Shown here: positions 30,918 through 41,262 of the stretch, piece by piece
How positions within the stretch are numbered: position 1 is the first letter of the stretch
Layout of the letters: every line of letters begins with the position of its first letter
NCBI GenBank assembly: GCA_958296075.1
Contig: CATQHW010000001.1
Coordinates: 783,859-847,858, forward strand
Direction: 5' to 3'
DNA from: an uncultured Spirochaetia bacterium
Lineage (GTDB): Bacteria; Spirochaetota; Spirochaetia; SZUA-6; Bin103
Length of the DNA stretch: 64,000 nucleotides
Notes under the pieces: generated by a model
Database searches by the model: none
What the model was told of the DNA's origin: nothing
Seen by the model: the letters and a program-made list of their open reading frames with translations, nothing else
Made by a program: the position numbers and the translations under genes

Positions 30918-31888
30918 GCGCCCGCGACCTGCGCTTCGGCCTGATCGGCTGCGGCAACCTGGGCGCCGTGCACGCCCGCTGCGTGAGCCGGGTCGGCGGC
31001 GCGCGCTTCACCGCCTTCGCCGACGCCGTGCCGGCCGCCGCCGAGCGGTTGCTGGCCGAGCACGGCGGCGGCTACGCGACCGCCGACGTTGCCCGGCTCC
31101 TGAACGACCCCGACCTGGACGCCGTCTACATCTGCACCCATCACGACTCGCACGCGCCGCTGGCGATCGCGGCGGCGCAGGCCGGCAAGCACGTCCTGAT
31201 CGAGAAGCCGCTGTCGCTGTCGGTGGAGGAGTGCGAGGCGGTCGCCGCCGCGGTCGAGGAGGCCGGCGTGCGGCTGATGCCGGCGTTCAAGATGCGCTAC
31301 TACCCGCTGCTGCGGCAGGCGCGGGACTTCATCCCGGAGCCACAGGTGATCGTCGGCCAGATGATGGACGACCGCTGGCGCGACGACGCCTGGGCGCAGG
31401 ACCCGGTGCGCGGCGGCGCCAACGTCTACAGCCAGGGCTGCCACACCACCGACGTGATCCGCTGGATGGCGCGCAGCGAGCCGGAGCTGCTATGGGCGGC
31501 CGGCGGCGCCATGACCCATCCGGGGCATCCGCGCATCGACCAGTGCGTGGCGTCGATCCGGTTCGCCTCGGGCGCCGTGGCGAGCTGGATTCAAGGCGAT
31601 GCGGCCCTGGGCCGCATGACCGGCAAGTTCTTCCTGGAGCTGTTCGGCGGCGGCCGCAGCGTGCAGCTCTACGACCGCTTCAAGGCGGCCACCTTCTATG
31701 ACGGCGCGCGCGAGTGGTCGGAGCGGGTCGACGAGGAGGAGGGTTTCCTGTTGGAGAACCGCGAGTTCATCGCCGCGCTGCGCGCCGGGCGGGCGCCGGA
31801 GCTCGACGCCGCCGACGGCATCCAGGCAACGCGCATGGTGCTGGCCGCCGACCGGGCGATCCGCACCGGACAGGTGCAGCGGCTGTGA
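30914..31888 (+). CDS. Gfo/Idh/MocA oxidoreductase
   Basis: GLIGCG, GKHVLIEKP. Confidence 0.9.
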   Translation: MSARDLRFGLIGCGNLGAVHARCVSRVGGARFTAFADAVPAAAERLLAEHGGGYATADVARLLNDPDLDAVYICTHHDSHAPLAIAAAQAGKHVLIEKPLSLSVEECEAVAAAVEEAGVRLMPAFKMRYYPLLRQARDFIPEPQVIVGQMMDDRWRDDAWAQDPVRGGANVYSQGCHTTDVIRWMARSEPELLWAAGGAMTHPGHPRIDQCVASIRFASGAVASWIQGDAALGRMTGKFFLELFGGGRSVQLYDRFKAATFYDGAREWSERVDEEEGFLLENREFIAALRAGRAPELDAADGIQATRMVLAADRAIRTGQVQRL

Positions 31889-32898
31889 ACGCCGCGCGGC
31901 TCGTCCAGTACCGGGCCGCCTCCGGTGAGCGGCGTGTCGGCGTCGCAGCCGACTGCGACCGGATCGAGGAGCTTGCCGGCGTCGGATCGATCTACGATCT
32001 GGCGGTCGCCGCGGACGCGAACGGCCGGCCGTTGCCGGCCGTGGTGGCCGGCTGCGAACGCGGCGCCGTGGTCGACTACCAGGCGCTGGTCGACGAGCGG
32101 CGCCTGCTGCCACCGATCGACCACCCCGATCCCGCCCATCTGGTCGTGTCGGGAACCGGCCTCAACCACACCGGCAGCGCCATGGCGCGCGACGCCATGC
32201 ACGGCGGGTCCGGCGCCGGCGATGATTCCGGCGCGGGAGTGACCGACTCGATCCGTATGTTCCGCTTGGGGGCCGCGGGCGGCAAGCCGCCGGCCGGCCG
32301 CATCGGCGCGGCGCCGGAGTGGTTCTACAAGGGCGACGGCGGTTGCATCGTACCGCCCGAACACGAGCTGCCGCTGCCCGGGTTCGCCGGCGACGGCGGC
32401 GAGGAGGCCGAGGCGGCGGCGATCTACCTGATCGGACGCGACGGCCGCCCGCGCCGCGTCGGCTACGCGCTCGGCAACGAGTTCGCAGACCACGTCATCG
32501 AGCGGCAGAACTACCTCTACCTCGCCCACTCGAAGCTGCGCGCCTGCTCAATCGGTCCGGAGCTGCTGCTCGGCCCGCTGCCGGATCACGTCGAAGGCAA
32601 GGTGCGGGTGCGCCGCGGTGAAACGGTCCTCTGGCAGGCCGCGTTTCGGACCGGCGAGGCGAACATGACCCACAGCCTGGCCAACCTGGAGCATCACCTG
32701 TTCAAGTACGACCTGTTCCGTCGAGCTGGCGACGTCCACTGCCACTTTCTGGGCGCGCCGGTCCTGAGCTGCGCCCACGGGATCGAGCCGCGGGCCGGCG
32801 ACCGGTTCGAGATCGAGTCCCCGCACTTCGGCCGCCCGCTGCGCAACCCGCTCGCCGCGCGGGACGAAGACCGCCTGATTACCGTCGAGCCGCTCTGA
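31885..32898 (+). CDS. FAH-family protein (AraD1/GguC-like)
   Basis: PEWFYKGDG, DGGEEAE, GNEFADH, NYLYLAHSKLR. Confidence 0.85.
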   Translation: MNAARLVQYRAASGERRVGVAADCDRIEELAGVGSIYDLAVAADANGRPLPAVVAGCERGAVVDYQALVDERRLLPPIDHPDPAHLVVSGTGLNHTGSAMARDAMHGGSGAGDDSGAGVTDSIRMFRLGAAGGKPPAGRIGAAPEWFYKGDGGCIVPPEHELPLPGFAGDGGEEAEAAAIYLIGRDGRPRRVGYALGNEFADHVIERQNYLYLAHSKLRACSIGPELLLGPLPDHVEGKVRVRRGETVLWQAAFRTGEANMTHSLANLEHHLFKYDLFRRAGDVHCHFLGAPVLSCAHGIEPRAGDRFEIESPHFGRPLRNPLAARDEDRLITVEPL

Positions 32899-32954
32899 GA
32901 TGACGATCGCCGGCGTTCAGCGTCAGACGTTTCATCGTTTGACATCGCTGTTGC

Positions 32955-33461
32955 TCACCGAGCGCTCTGCGGCGGTTGCAGCAGCTCCAGCGGGATGCCG
33001 TCGAAGTCGTTGAAGTAGACGGCGAAACCGCCCTTGTTGCGGCCCGCCTCGATCGGCACCGGCGCGCTCTTGAAGCGCACGCCTCCGGCGACCAGCCGAT
33101 CGTACATCGCGTGGATGTCGCCGACCGCGAACGCCAGGTGGGCGACGCCCGGCCGGTTGGTGGTGGTGTCGATCGGAGCGCCAGCCGGATGGAGATACTG
33201 CACCAGCTCCAGGTGGTGGCCGCTTACGTCGACGGGGCAGTTGGGGATGCGCAGCATGGCCACGTCCAGCGCCGCGTTCCGGTATGCCACCAGCCGCTCC
33301 GTATACGGATTGGCCTGCCTTTGCCGGTGAACCAGCTCCATGCCGATCAACCGACAATAGAAGTCGATGCTGCGGTCCAGGTCGCGGACCGTATAGCTGA
33401 AGTGCCAGAGGCCGCTTGCGACCGCGCTACCGGCCGGTGGGCCGGCCAACCCGTCGGTCAT
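32955..33461 (-). CDS. VOC/glyoxalase family protein
   Basis: HFSYTVRDLDRSIDFY, LELVQY, HLAF, LELLQ. Confidence 0.88.
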   Translation of the reverse strand: MTDGLAGPPAGSAVASGLWHFSYTVRDLDRSIDFYCRLIGMELVHRQRQANPYTERLVAYRNAALDVAMLRIPNCPVDVSGHHLELVQYLHPAGAPIDTTTNRPGVAHLAFAVGDIHAMYDRLVAGGVRFKSAPVPIEAGRNKGGFAVYFNDFDGIPLELLQPPQSAR

Positions 33462-33578
33462 GCGGCCGACGATACCTGACCTCTCCTCGCTTGCCAACGA
33501 ACTCATGTTTGGTGATTCCGCCCGGCGGGACATCCGTTCGGTTTCTGTTGACGTGGCCCGTGGTATGCTGTCGATCCG

Positions 33579-34163
33579 ATGAGCAGCGCTACTTGGGGAC
33601 GGTCGGCGTTCCGATCCCGCGCCACGGGACGCAGCCGGACGCGGCGCATACTGAACACGATCGGTCTGGCGGCGCTCACCGCCGGTCTGGTGCTGCTGGT
33701 GACGTTCACCTCCGGCGTCCAGGACCTGGACGAGGTGATCCTGGCGATCGGCGCCGCGGTCGCTTCGCTGGCGGCGGTGGTGGCCGTCCGCGCGGTGCAG
33801 AGCGAGATGGCCTTTCACGAGGCCCCGCGGCTGGAACGGATCCTGCACGACCAGGACGCCCGCCGGGGGCAGCCGGCGGTGCCGTCGCCGCTGGCCAAGA
33901 TCGCCTCCGAGATCGAACTGGCGCAGACCAGCAAGCGCTACTACCGGCGGGTCCTGGGTCCCCGTCTGGCGGCGGTCTCGTCCGGGCTGGTCGACCGCGC
34001 CGCCCGCGAGCGGCTTCTGGACCGCATCGAAACGATCGGCCGGCCCGGCGACGCGCCGGCTGATCGGCTGCCGGAGCGGATCACGCGCCGCGGCGTGCCG
34101 CTGGCGCAGCTCGCCGGCGTGGTGCGCGAGCTGGATCGAGCCGACGCCGGCGACATCGCCTGA
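33579..34163 (+). CDS. Hypothetical membrane protein (MoxR operon)
   Basis: Two TM segments; directly upstream of moxR. Confidence 0.7.
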   Translation: MSSATWGRSAFRSRATGRSRTRRILNTIGLAALTAGLVLLVTFTSGVQDLDEVILAIGAAVASLAAVVAVRAVQSEMAFHEAPRLERILHDQDARRGQPAVPSPLAKIASEIELAQTSKRYYRRVLGPRLAAVSSGLVDRAARERLLDRIETIGRPGDAPADRLPERITRRGVPLAQLAGVVRELDRADAGDIA

Positions 34164-34191
34164 AACACGACAAAACGAACGGGGAGCGATC

Positions 34192-35145
34192 ATGGAACTG
34201 TCACGAGTCAGTGAGACCACACGCCGGGCGGTCGATGAGGTCGGCCGCTTCATCGTCGGCAAGGACGACGTCCTGCAGCGGATCCTGATGGGGCTGATGG
34301 CCGAAGGACACATCCTGCTGCAGGACTTTCCGGGCCTTGCCAAGACGATGATCGCGCAGTCGTTCGCGCAGGTGCTCGACATCCGCTTCACCCGCATCCA
34401 GTTCACCCCCGACCTCCTGCCCGGCGAGATCACGGGCGGTTACGTCTACAACCAGCGCGACGCCACGTTCGATTTCCGCAAGGGACCGGTCTTCGCCAAC
34501 CTGCTGCTCGGCGACGAGATCAACCGCGCGACGCCCAAGACCCAGTCGGCGCTGCTGGAGGCGATGCAGGAGCGGCAGGTGACGGTAGAGGGCGAGCGCT
34601 TCGCGATCGAGAAGCCGTTCGTGGTCATCGCCACGCAGAACCCCGTCGAGTTCGAGGGCACCTACCCGCTGCCGGAGGCGCAGCTCGACCGTTTCATCAT
34701 GCGCACCAGCATCGGCTACCCGAGCGCCGAGGACGAATACGAGATCCTGCGGCGCCGCCAGGAGCGCAAGGAGGACACGGTCGCGCTCAAGCCGATCGTC
34801 TCCAAGGCGGAGCTGCTGGCCATGCAGACGGCGCTGGAGGAGGTGCACGTCTCCGAGCCGATCGGCAAGTACATCGTCGACCTGACGCGGGCGACGCGCG
34901 AGGACTCCAAGGTGCAGGTCGGCGCTTCGCCGCGCGGCGTCTACGCGCTGTTCAAGCTGGCGCGCGCGCACGCGGTCCTCGACGGCCGCGACTTCGTGAC
35001 CCCGGAGGACGTCAAGGAAGTGGCGGTGATCGCCTTGGCCCACCGCATCGTGATGAAGCCGGAGTACTGGGTGCGCGGCATCTCCGACGAGTCGATCGTC
35101 CAGGACGCGATGAACGAGGTACCCACGCCGCAAGCCGACGCGTGA
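34192..35145 (+). CDS. moxR: MoxR family AAA ATPase
   Basis: PGLAKT, RIQFTPDLLP, DEINRA, ATQNP.E.EGTYPLPEAQLDRF, GASPR. Confidence 0.95.
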   Translation: MELSRVSETTRRAVDEVGRFIVGKDDVLQRILMGLMAEGHILLQDFPGLAKTMIAQSFAQVLDIRFTRIQFTPDLLPGEITGGYVYNQRDATFDFRKGPVFANLLLGDEINRATPKTQSALLEAMQERQVTVEGERFAIEKPFVVIATQNPVEFEGTYPLPEAQLDRFIMRTSIGYPSAEDEYEILRRRQERKEDTVALKPIVSKAELLAMQTALEEVHVSEPIGKYIVDLTRATREDSKVQVGASPRGVYALFKLARAHAVLDGRDFVTPEDVKEVAVIALAHRIVMKPEYWVRGISDESIVQDAMNEVPTPQADA

Positions 35146-36419
35146 CCAAGCACTTCGGAGCGCGCTTCGTCTCCTACCTGGCGCTGACCCTGGTCAGCCT
35201 GGTGTTCGCGGCGCTGTTGCGGCGCATCGAGTTGGTGATGATCGGCACCACCTTCGCGGTCGCGATCGTCGCCGCGCTGCTCGGCGACCGCATGCCGCGC
35301 CTGCGGTTCAGCCACAGCATCTCGCGGCTGACCATGTTCGAGGGGGACGAGGTCGACGTCGAGTTCACCGTCCACGCCGGCACCGCGGTGCCGATCGCGG
35401 AAGTGGTGGATCCGCTGCCGGCCGGCGCGTCGCTGATCTCGGGGCGCAACGACGTCGTCGTCTCGCTCGGCCCCGGACAGACCGAAACGTGTCGATACCG
35501 GCTGCGCATCGACCGGCGCGCCCGCTTCACGCAGGGCCGGCTGTTCCACCGTGCCTATGCCGGCTCCGGCATGATCCTGTGGGAGGCGGAGTGGAGCGAT
35601 CCCAAGATCTGCACCGCCTACCCGCGCGTCGATTCGGTCAGCCGCCCGATCCGGCCGTTCCACACGCAGGTGAACGTCGGCAACTACCCCTCGCGCGAAG
35701 CGTCCGAGGGGTTGGAGTTCGCCAGCCTGCGCGAATACGTACCGGGCGACCGGTTGCGCACCGTCAACTGGCGCGCGACGCAGCGCACCGGCCGCATGTA
35801 CGTCAACGAGTACACGCGCGAGCGCAACGCCGACGTCGTGCTGCTGCTCGATGCATTCGAGGATGCCGGCGCGTTCGGCTCGACCGTGCTCGACCAGGCG
35901 ACCCGCATCATCGCGTCGCTGGCGCGCTACTTCCTGGCCGGCAACAACCGCGTGGGCTGCATCGAGCTGTCCGGACTGCTGCGCTGGGTGAGCCCCAACC
36001 TCGGCACCCGCCAGCAGTACCGGATATTGGAGTTCCTCACCGACGTACGCGCGCGGGAGAGCGACGTAGACCGCGACATCACCAAGGTGCCCCGGCAGAT
36101 CCTGCCAGCGCAAGCGCTGATCGCCGCGTTCACGCCGCTGATCGACGTGCGGTTCACCGACACGCTGCTCAACCTGGCCAGCCGCCGGTACGACGTCGCG
36201 GCCGTCGTGATCAATCCGGCGCTGGCGCTGGCCCCGGTCTACGGCGCTACGCCGAGCGAGGCGGCGGCGGTGCCGCTGTGGCGCCTGGAGACCGACAGCG
36301 CGTCGCGCCAGCTCGCCGCGGCCGGCGTTCCGATCATCCGGCTGGAGCCGGACGAGCCGGTCGAGTTGCTGGCGTCCCGGATCGACGCCCTGCGACGCCG
36401 CCGGCTGTTGCTGCAGTGA
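35142..36419 (+). CDS. DUF58 domain protein
   Basis: EFASLREYVPGD..VNWRAT. Confidence 0.9.
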   Translation: MTKHFGARFVSYLALTLVSLVFAALLRRIELVMIGTTFAVAIVAALLGDRMPRLRFSHSISRLTMFEGDEVDVEFTVHAGTAVPIAEVVDPLPAGASLISGRNDVVVSLGPGQTETCRYRLRIDRRARFTQGRLFHRAYAGSGMILWEAEWSDPKICTAYPRVDSVSRPIRPFHTQVNVGNYPSREASEGLEFASLREYVPGDRLRTVNWRATQRTGRMYVNEYTRERNADVVLLLDAFEDAGAFGSTVLDQATRIIASLARYFLAGNNRVGCIELSGLLRWVSPNLGTRQQYRILEFLTDVRARESDVDRDITKVPRQILPAQALIAAFTPLIDVRFTDTLLNLASRRYDVAAVVINPALALAPVYGATPSEAAAVPLWRLETDSASRQLAAAGVPIIRLEPDEPVELLASRIDALRRRRLLLQ

Positions 36420-36970
36420 CCCGGCTGGTCCTGATCGGCCTGCCGCTGGCGCTAGGGGCGTGGAACCTGGCGCTGGCCGGCATTACCCTGGGCACGGTGC
36501 TGGCGTCCCTGGCCGGGGTGGCGGCGGTCGTCTACGGCGCTCAGCAGCATCGATCGGGCTACGTCACCGCCGGCGTGTTCGCGTTGCTGGTGGCGCACGC
36601 GGGCGCGCTGGTGACCGCCGGCGCACCGGTGCAGGTGTGGCCCGGCCTGGCCTACGGTCTGGGGCTGCTCGTCATCATGGAGGCGTCCTTCGATCACCTG
36701 ACCATCCTGCGCGGCCGCGCCGCCGGCAGCCGCTACGCCGTGCGGCGCAGTTATCTGATCCGGGTCGGCGCGGCAACGGTTGCCGCCGGCTTCGCGGTCG
36801 CCGTGCTGGGCGTGGGATACGCGCCGCGGTTGGCGGACCAATCGGCGCCGGCGATCTTCTGGATCGGCGGTCTGAGCGTGGTCGTCCTGTCGGCGGCGGC
36901 GCTCACGCTGCTGCGCTTCTGGCTGAAGGAGCGCTCCTCCCCGGATGCCGACAGCGGCGGCAAAACGTAG
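36416..36970 (+). CDS. Hypothetical polytopic membrane protein
   Basis: GTGA overlap with the DUF58 gene; multiple TM segments. Confidence 0.7.
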   Translation: MTRLVLIGLPLALGAWNLALAGITLGTVLASLAGVAAVVYGAQQHRSGYVTAGVFALLVAHAGALVTAGAPVQVWPGLAYGLGLLVIMEASFDHLTILRGRAAGSRYAVRRSYLIRVGAATVAAGFAVAVLGVGYAPRLADQSAPAIFWIGGLSVVVLSAAALTLLRFWLKERSSPDADSGGKT

Positions 36971-37027
36971 TAGACTCTCCGCGTTCGGCGGGTCTGGCGA
37001 CCCGCGGGGACGTGGAGGGGAACGATC

Positions 37028-37804
37028 ATGCGGAGGACGATGCACAGGCGTTCGGCTTGGTTGGCAGCGGCGTCTCTGTCGCTGGCGTTGTCGGGAGCTG
37101 CCATGGCGCAGGAGAGCCCACAGCAGGAGCTGCTCGCGGCGTTCTACGGGCCGCCCGACTTGACCATGCTCACCTACTACAGCGCCGGCTGGACCCATCT
37201 GGCGTTCGACCAGGAGTACCCCAACCTCCTGCGTAGACTGGACCAGAGCGCGGACCCGCCCCGGAACAGCTTCTCGCATGGCTGGGGAGCCCTGATCACC
37301 TACGGACAGTTCGTCGCGGTGCTGGAGACCAGCCATGCGGGCTCCTCCAGCACCGCGAACATGCGGTCCGTAGAGCTGTCCACCGACGATCTTTCGTTGC
37401 AACTCGGCTACGCGCCGATCAAGCTGCCGGCGGCGATCGGCTTCGTCACGGCCGGCGCCGGCATGAAGACGGTGGGGTTGCGCGGCTATCCGAAGGCTCC
37501 GGGCGACTTCGACACCGTGGTCGTCCAGCGCGACTCCGAATCATTCTCGATCAGCTCGAACACGCTGGTGCTCAAGGCGTCGGCCGGGTTCGAACTCGCC
37601 GTCCTGCCGCCCGGTGATCCGTGGGGCCTGCACGCCGGCATCATCGCCGGGGTCGCCTACGTGCCCCTGAAGACGCAGTATCGGCTGTTCGGCGGCGCCG
37701 GTCTGCTCGACGGCGCGCCGATGATCACCGGCCAGGACCACCCCAAGCTCACCCCCTGGTCGTTCAGCGTCAGCCTGCTCCTGGGGGTCGGTGGCGGGCT
37801 GTAG
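37028..37804 (+). CDS. Hypothetical exported protein, possible beta-barrel
   Basis: Signal peptide ending AMA; alternating hydrophobic strands. Confidence 0.7.
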   Translation: MRRTMHRRSAWLAAASLSLALSGAAMAQESPQQELLAAFYGPPDLTMLTYYSAGWTHLAFDQEYPNLLRRLDQSADPPRNSFSHGWGALITYGQFVAVLETSHAGSSSTANMRSVELSTDDLSLQLGYAPIKLPAAIGFVTAGAGMKTVGLRGYPKAPGDFDTVVVQRDSESFSISSNTLVLKASAGFELAVLPPGDPWGLHAGIIAGVAYVPLKTQYRLFGGAGLLDGAPMITGQDHPKLTPWSFSVSLLLGVGGGL

Positions 37805-37831
37805 CGTCCGCCGGCGGCAGGCGGCGCCCCG

Positions 37832-38182
37832 GTGATCGACGCGATCATTGGCTGGATCGACGGTTTGGCGACGTCGATCCGCGAACGCCACGCGGTCAAT
37901 CCCTACTTGTTCCTGGCGCTGTCGGTGGTCTGCGGTCCGCTGTTCTACTACTCGCTGTACCGCATGGCGCGCGCGTTCAAGGACGACCGCCGGTCGGTCG
38001 CCCGCTGGAGCCTGCTCTTTCTGGCGGCCACGGTGATCCCCTACCTGTACGTGCTGATCTTCGGGCGCAACCTCCCGTGGTGGGTGTACGGCGTACTGGC
38101 GGCGGCGATCGGATGGGGCGTCTATCAGCTCGCCGGCAAGCTGCGGGCCGGCCGAAGCGGATCGACGTCGGTCAGACCCTGA
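37832..38182 (+). CDS. Hypothetical membrane protein
   Basis: Three hydrophobic segments. Confidence 0.7.
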   Translation: MIDAIIGWIDGLATSIRERHAVNPYLFLALSVVCGPLFYYSLYRMARAFKDDRRSVARWSLLFLAATVIPYLYVLIFGRNLPWWVYGVLAAAIGWGVYQLAGKLRAGRSGSTSVRP

Positions 38183-38891
38183 GCAGCCGGGCCGCGTTCT
38201 CGCCGAGCACCTTGCGCTTGGCGGCCTCGCCAATGTCGGCGGTGAGCACCTTGGCGATCTGGCTGCGCGGGTCCATGAGGGGAATGTCGGAGCCGAACAG
38301 CACCCGGTCCTCGCCTCCCTCGGCGACCAGCTCTTCGATCACCCCAGGGGTGCGGAAGGTGGAGCAGGTCTCGAGGTAGACGTTCGGATACGCCCGCGCG
38401 GCGGCGAGCGCCTGGCCGCGGTACGGCTGCACGTTGCCGGTATGACCGGCGACGAAGCGCGCGCCGGGGAACAGCGGGGCGACGGCTGCCAGATACTTGG
38501 GCTCAGCCTGCCATTCCCGGCCGGTATGGCTGATCACCGCCAGCCCCCGTTCGTCCGCGAAGCGGTAGATGGGCCAGTAGCGCTCGTCGTCCAGCGGCCA
38601 CGGCGCGTAGGGCGGGTAGATCTTGATCGCGACCATGCCCAGATCGTCGAACGCGCGGCGCAGTTCGGCGGTGATCTCCGCTTCCGGCACGTGCGGCGAC
38701 ACGAACGCGAAGCCCAGGAAGCGGTCCGGATGGGCCGCGCAGAAGGCGGCGGTCTGGTCGTTGGCCCGAGTGCCGGTGGGATGGAAGATGTTGAACAGAC
38801 ACGACCGGTCGACGCCCGCGCCGTCCATGGCCCGCAGCATCGCCTCCGCCGTGGCATCCATGCCGGTGTGGCCGTGGAAGTCGATTATCAT
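38172..38891 (-). CDS. Amidohydrolase family protein (Amidohydro_2)
   Basis: IDFHGH, SHTG, GHTG, RVLFGSD, GENAARL. Confidence 0.88.
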   Translation of the reverse strand: MIIDFHGHTGMDATAEAMLRAMDGAGVDRSCLFNIFHPTGTRANDQTAAFCAAHPDRFLGFAFVSPHVPEAEITAELRRAFDDLGMVAIKIYPPYAPWPLDDERYWPIYRFADERGLAVISHTGREWQAEPKYLAAVAPLFPGARFVAGHTGNVQPYRGQALAAARAYPNVYLETCSTFRTPGVIEELVAEGGEDRVLFGSDIPLMDPRSQIAKVLTADIGEAAKRKVLGENAARLLRV

Positions 38892-39634
38892 GGGGCGATT
38901 CCCAGCAGTCCTTGCAGGCTCCCGCCGAGCACCGCCGCGCGGTCGGCGTCCGACAGGTCGATGGTGCGCAGGTAGTGGACCATCGTGCCCATCGCGTAGC
39001 GCGGGTACCACGATCCGTAGAGCAACCGCGCGGCGCCGAATTCGCCGCACAGCATCTCCACGCCGCCCAGCGGCTCGTAACGGCTGAGTTCCAGGTGCAT
39101 GCCGTCGACCGCGCGCAGCATGGCCGGCACGAAGATCGCGTGGGTGGGATGGGCGCCGACCAGGATACTGCGCAGGCGTGGAAACGCCTGCAGCGTACGC
39201 ACGATGGCGTCCGGGTCCAACTCCGGCAGCTCGATCACCGCCGGCGCGCCGATCTCCGCCAGCCACGTAAGCAGCTCGCCGTACAGCCACGGATGAAACG
39301 GCGACATCACCCGTTCGCCTGCGCAAATCCGCACGCAGGTCAGATCGCCGGCTGCGTGACGCCGCTCCAGGCGCTCGATCGACGTGCGCACCGGCAATCC
39401 CGTCCACTGCGGCAGCAGACGCTCATTACGCCACTCGTCCAACTCGTCATCGGTCACGGTGCCGTCCACCAGCGGCTGGTGGCTGTTGGCGTGGTAGATC
39501 AGCGCTCGGCCGACGCCGTGCCGGTCCATCTCGGCCAGGAGCTGCTCGCGGTCGCGGAGCGGCGACAGACCGTCCCTGGTGTCGCCCACGGCGACGTTGG
39601 CGTCGAAGACCGCGGGGCGCGTGGTGTGCTGCAC
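38888..39634 (-). CDS. Amidohydrolase-fold protein with degenerate metal ligands
   Basis: FDANVAVG instead of DxHxH; RLLYGSWYP. Confidence 0.78.
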   Translation of the reverse strand: MQHTTRPAVFDANVAVGDTRDGLSPLRDREQLLAEMDRHGVGRALIYHANSHQPLVDGTVTDDELDEWRNERLLPQWTGLPVRTSIERLERRHAAGDLTCVRICAGERVMSPFHPWLYGELLTWLAEIGAPAVIELPELDPDAIVRTLQAFPRLRSILVGAHPTHAIFVPAMLRAVDGMHLELSRYEPLGGVEMLCGEFGAARLLYGSWYPRYAMGTMVHYLRTIDLSDADRAAVLGGSLQGLLGIAP

Positions 39635-39707
39635 GTTCGACGTTCATGTTAGCAGATCGGCGCGCGGCGGTCTGCGCCGTGCTACGCTCGCCCCGAGGAA
39701 CTTGTTG

Positions 39708-41243
39708 ATGAAGTGCGTGATGCTGATGTTCGACTCCCTGAACCGCCACCTGCTGCCCCCCTACGGCGGCGCCGGAGCGCCGCCGGTGCACGCCCCCAAC
39801 TTCGCGCGGCTGGCCGAGCGCACGGCGGTATTCGACCGCTCTTACATCTGTTCCATGCCATGCATGCCGGCGCGTCGCGACCTGCACACCGGCCGGCCGA
39901 ACTTCCTGCACCGGAGCTGGGGTCCGATCGAGCCGTTCGACGATTCGGTGCCGGACTTCCTGCGGCAGAACGGCGTCTACACGCACCTGTCGTCCGACCA
40001 CTACCACTACTGGGAAGAGGGCGGCGCCAACTATCACGCCCGCTACCGGAGTTGGGAGTTCTTTCGCGGTCAGGAGGGCGACCCCTGGATCGGCATGGTC
40101 ACCCCGCCGCCGGCCGGCAACGCCACGGACGACCCGTCGCGGGCTCAGGACCGCGCCAACCGCCTGTTCATGCGGACCACCGCCGACCTGCCGCAGTCGC
40201 AGACGGTGGCGGCCGGCATCGATTTCATGCGCCGCAACCGCGGCGACGACAACTGGTTCCTGCACATGGAGACCTTCGATCCGCACGAGCCGTTCTTCAG
40301 CAACCGCGAGTTCAAGGACCGGTACGCCGATCACTACGCGGCGTGGCGCGCGAAGAACGGGCCGCTGTTCGACTGGCCGTCCTACGACTACGTGCGCGAA
40401 GACGCGGAACTGGTCGACCACATGCGCCACGAGTATGCGGCCCTGGTGTCGATGTGCGACGCCCGGCTTGGCGACGTGCTCGACGCCATGGACGAGCTGT
40501 CGCTGTGGGACGACACGCTGTTCATCGTCTGGACCGACCACGGATTCCTGCTCGGCGAGCACGAGTGCTGGGCCAAGGTGTGGGCGCCCTACTACGAGGA
40601 GGTGTCGCACACGCCGTTCTTCGTGTGGGACCCGCGGGCCGGCGTGCGCGGCGAGCGGCGCGAGGCGCTGGTGCAGCCGTCGATCGACCTGGGGCCCACA
40701 CTGCTGTCGTGGTTCGGGTTCGAGCGGTTCGACGACATGCTCGGTTGCGACTTGGCGCCGGTGCTGGAACGGGACCGGCCGGTGCGGGATGCGGCGATCT
40801 TCGGGCAGCACGGCGCGCACGTGAACGTCACCGACGGCCGCTACGTGTACTGGCGCGGCCCAGTGGACATCGACAACCAGGACCTCTACGACTACACGCT
40901 GATGCCGGCGCGCATGCGCACCCGCTTCGGCGCCGGCGAGCTGCGCGACGCGACGCTGGCCGAGCCGTTCTCCTTCACCAAGGAGATGAGCACCCTGCGC
41001 ATCCCGACCCGCGTGCGGTTCGGGGCGGAACGGGGCCGGCACGCCGACCGGAACTGTTCGCGGCTGTTCGACCTGCAGAACGACCCCGGCCAGACCTCGC
41101 CACTGCAGGACGGAGCGCTCGAAGCGCGAATGACCGACCACCTGGTGCGGCTGATGGCGGAGGCGGATGCGCCGCCGGAGCAGTACCGCAGGCTCGGGCT
41201 GTCTCAGCCGTCCTCACCTCAACCGTCCGGACAGCCATCCTGA
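39708..41243 (+). CDS. Cys-type sulfatase
   Basis: MFDSL, CMPARRDLHTG, DPHEP, TDHG, LFDLQNDP. Confidence 0.93.
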   Translation: MKCVMLMFDSLNRHLLPPYGGAGAPPVHAPNFARLAERTAVFDRSYICSMPCMPARRDLHTGRPNFLHRSWGPIEPFDDSVPDFLRQNGVYTHLSSDHYHYWEEGGANYHARYRSWEFFRGQEGDPWIGMVTPPPAGNATDDPSRAQDRANRLFMRTTADLPQSQTVAAGIDFMRRNRGDDNWFLHMETFDPHEPFFSNREFKDRYADHYAAWRAKNGPLFDWPSYDYVREDAELVDHMRHEYAALVSMCDARLGDVLDAMDELSLWDDTLFIVWTDHGFLLGEHECWAKVWAPYYEEVSHTPFFVWDPRAGVRGERREALVQPSIDLGPTLLSWFGFERFDDMLGCDLAPVLERDRPVRDAAIFGQHGAHVNVTDGRYVYWRGPVDIDNQDLYDYTLMPARMRTRFGAGELRDATLAEPFSFTKEMSTLRIPTRVRFGAERGRHADRNCSRLFDLQNDPGQTSPLQDGALEARMTDHLVRLMAEADAPPEQYRRLGLSQPSSPQPSGQPS

Positions 41244-41262
41244 CCCGGTTTCCGGGGCGGAC

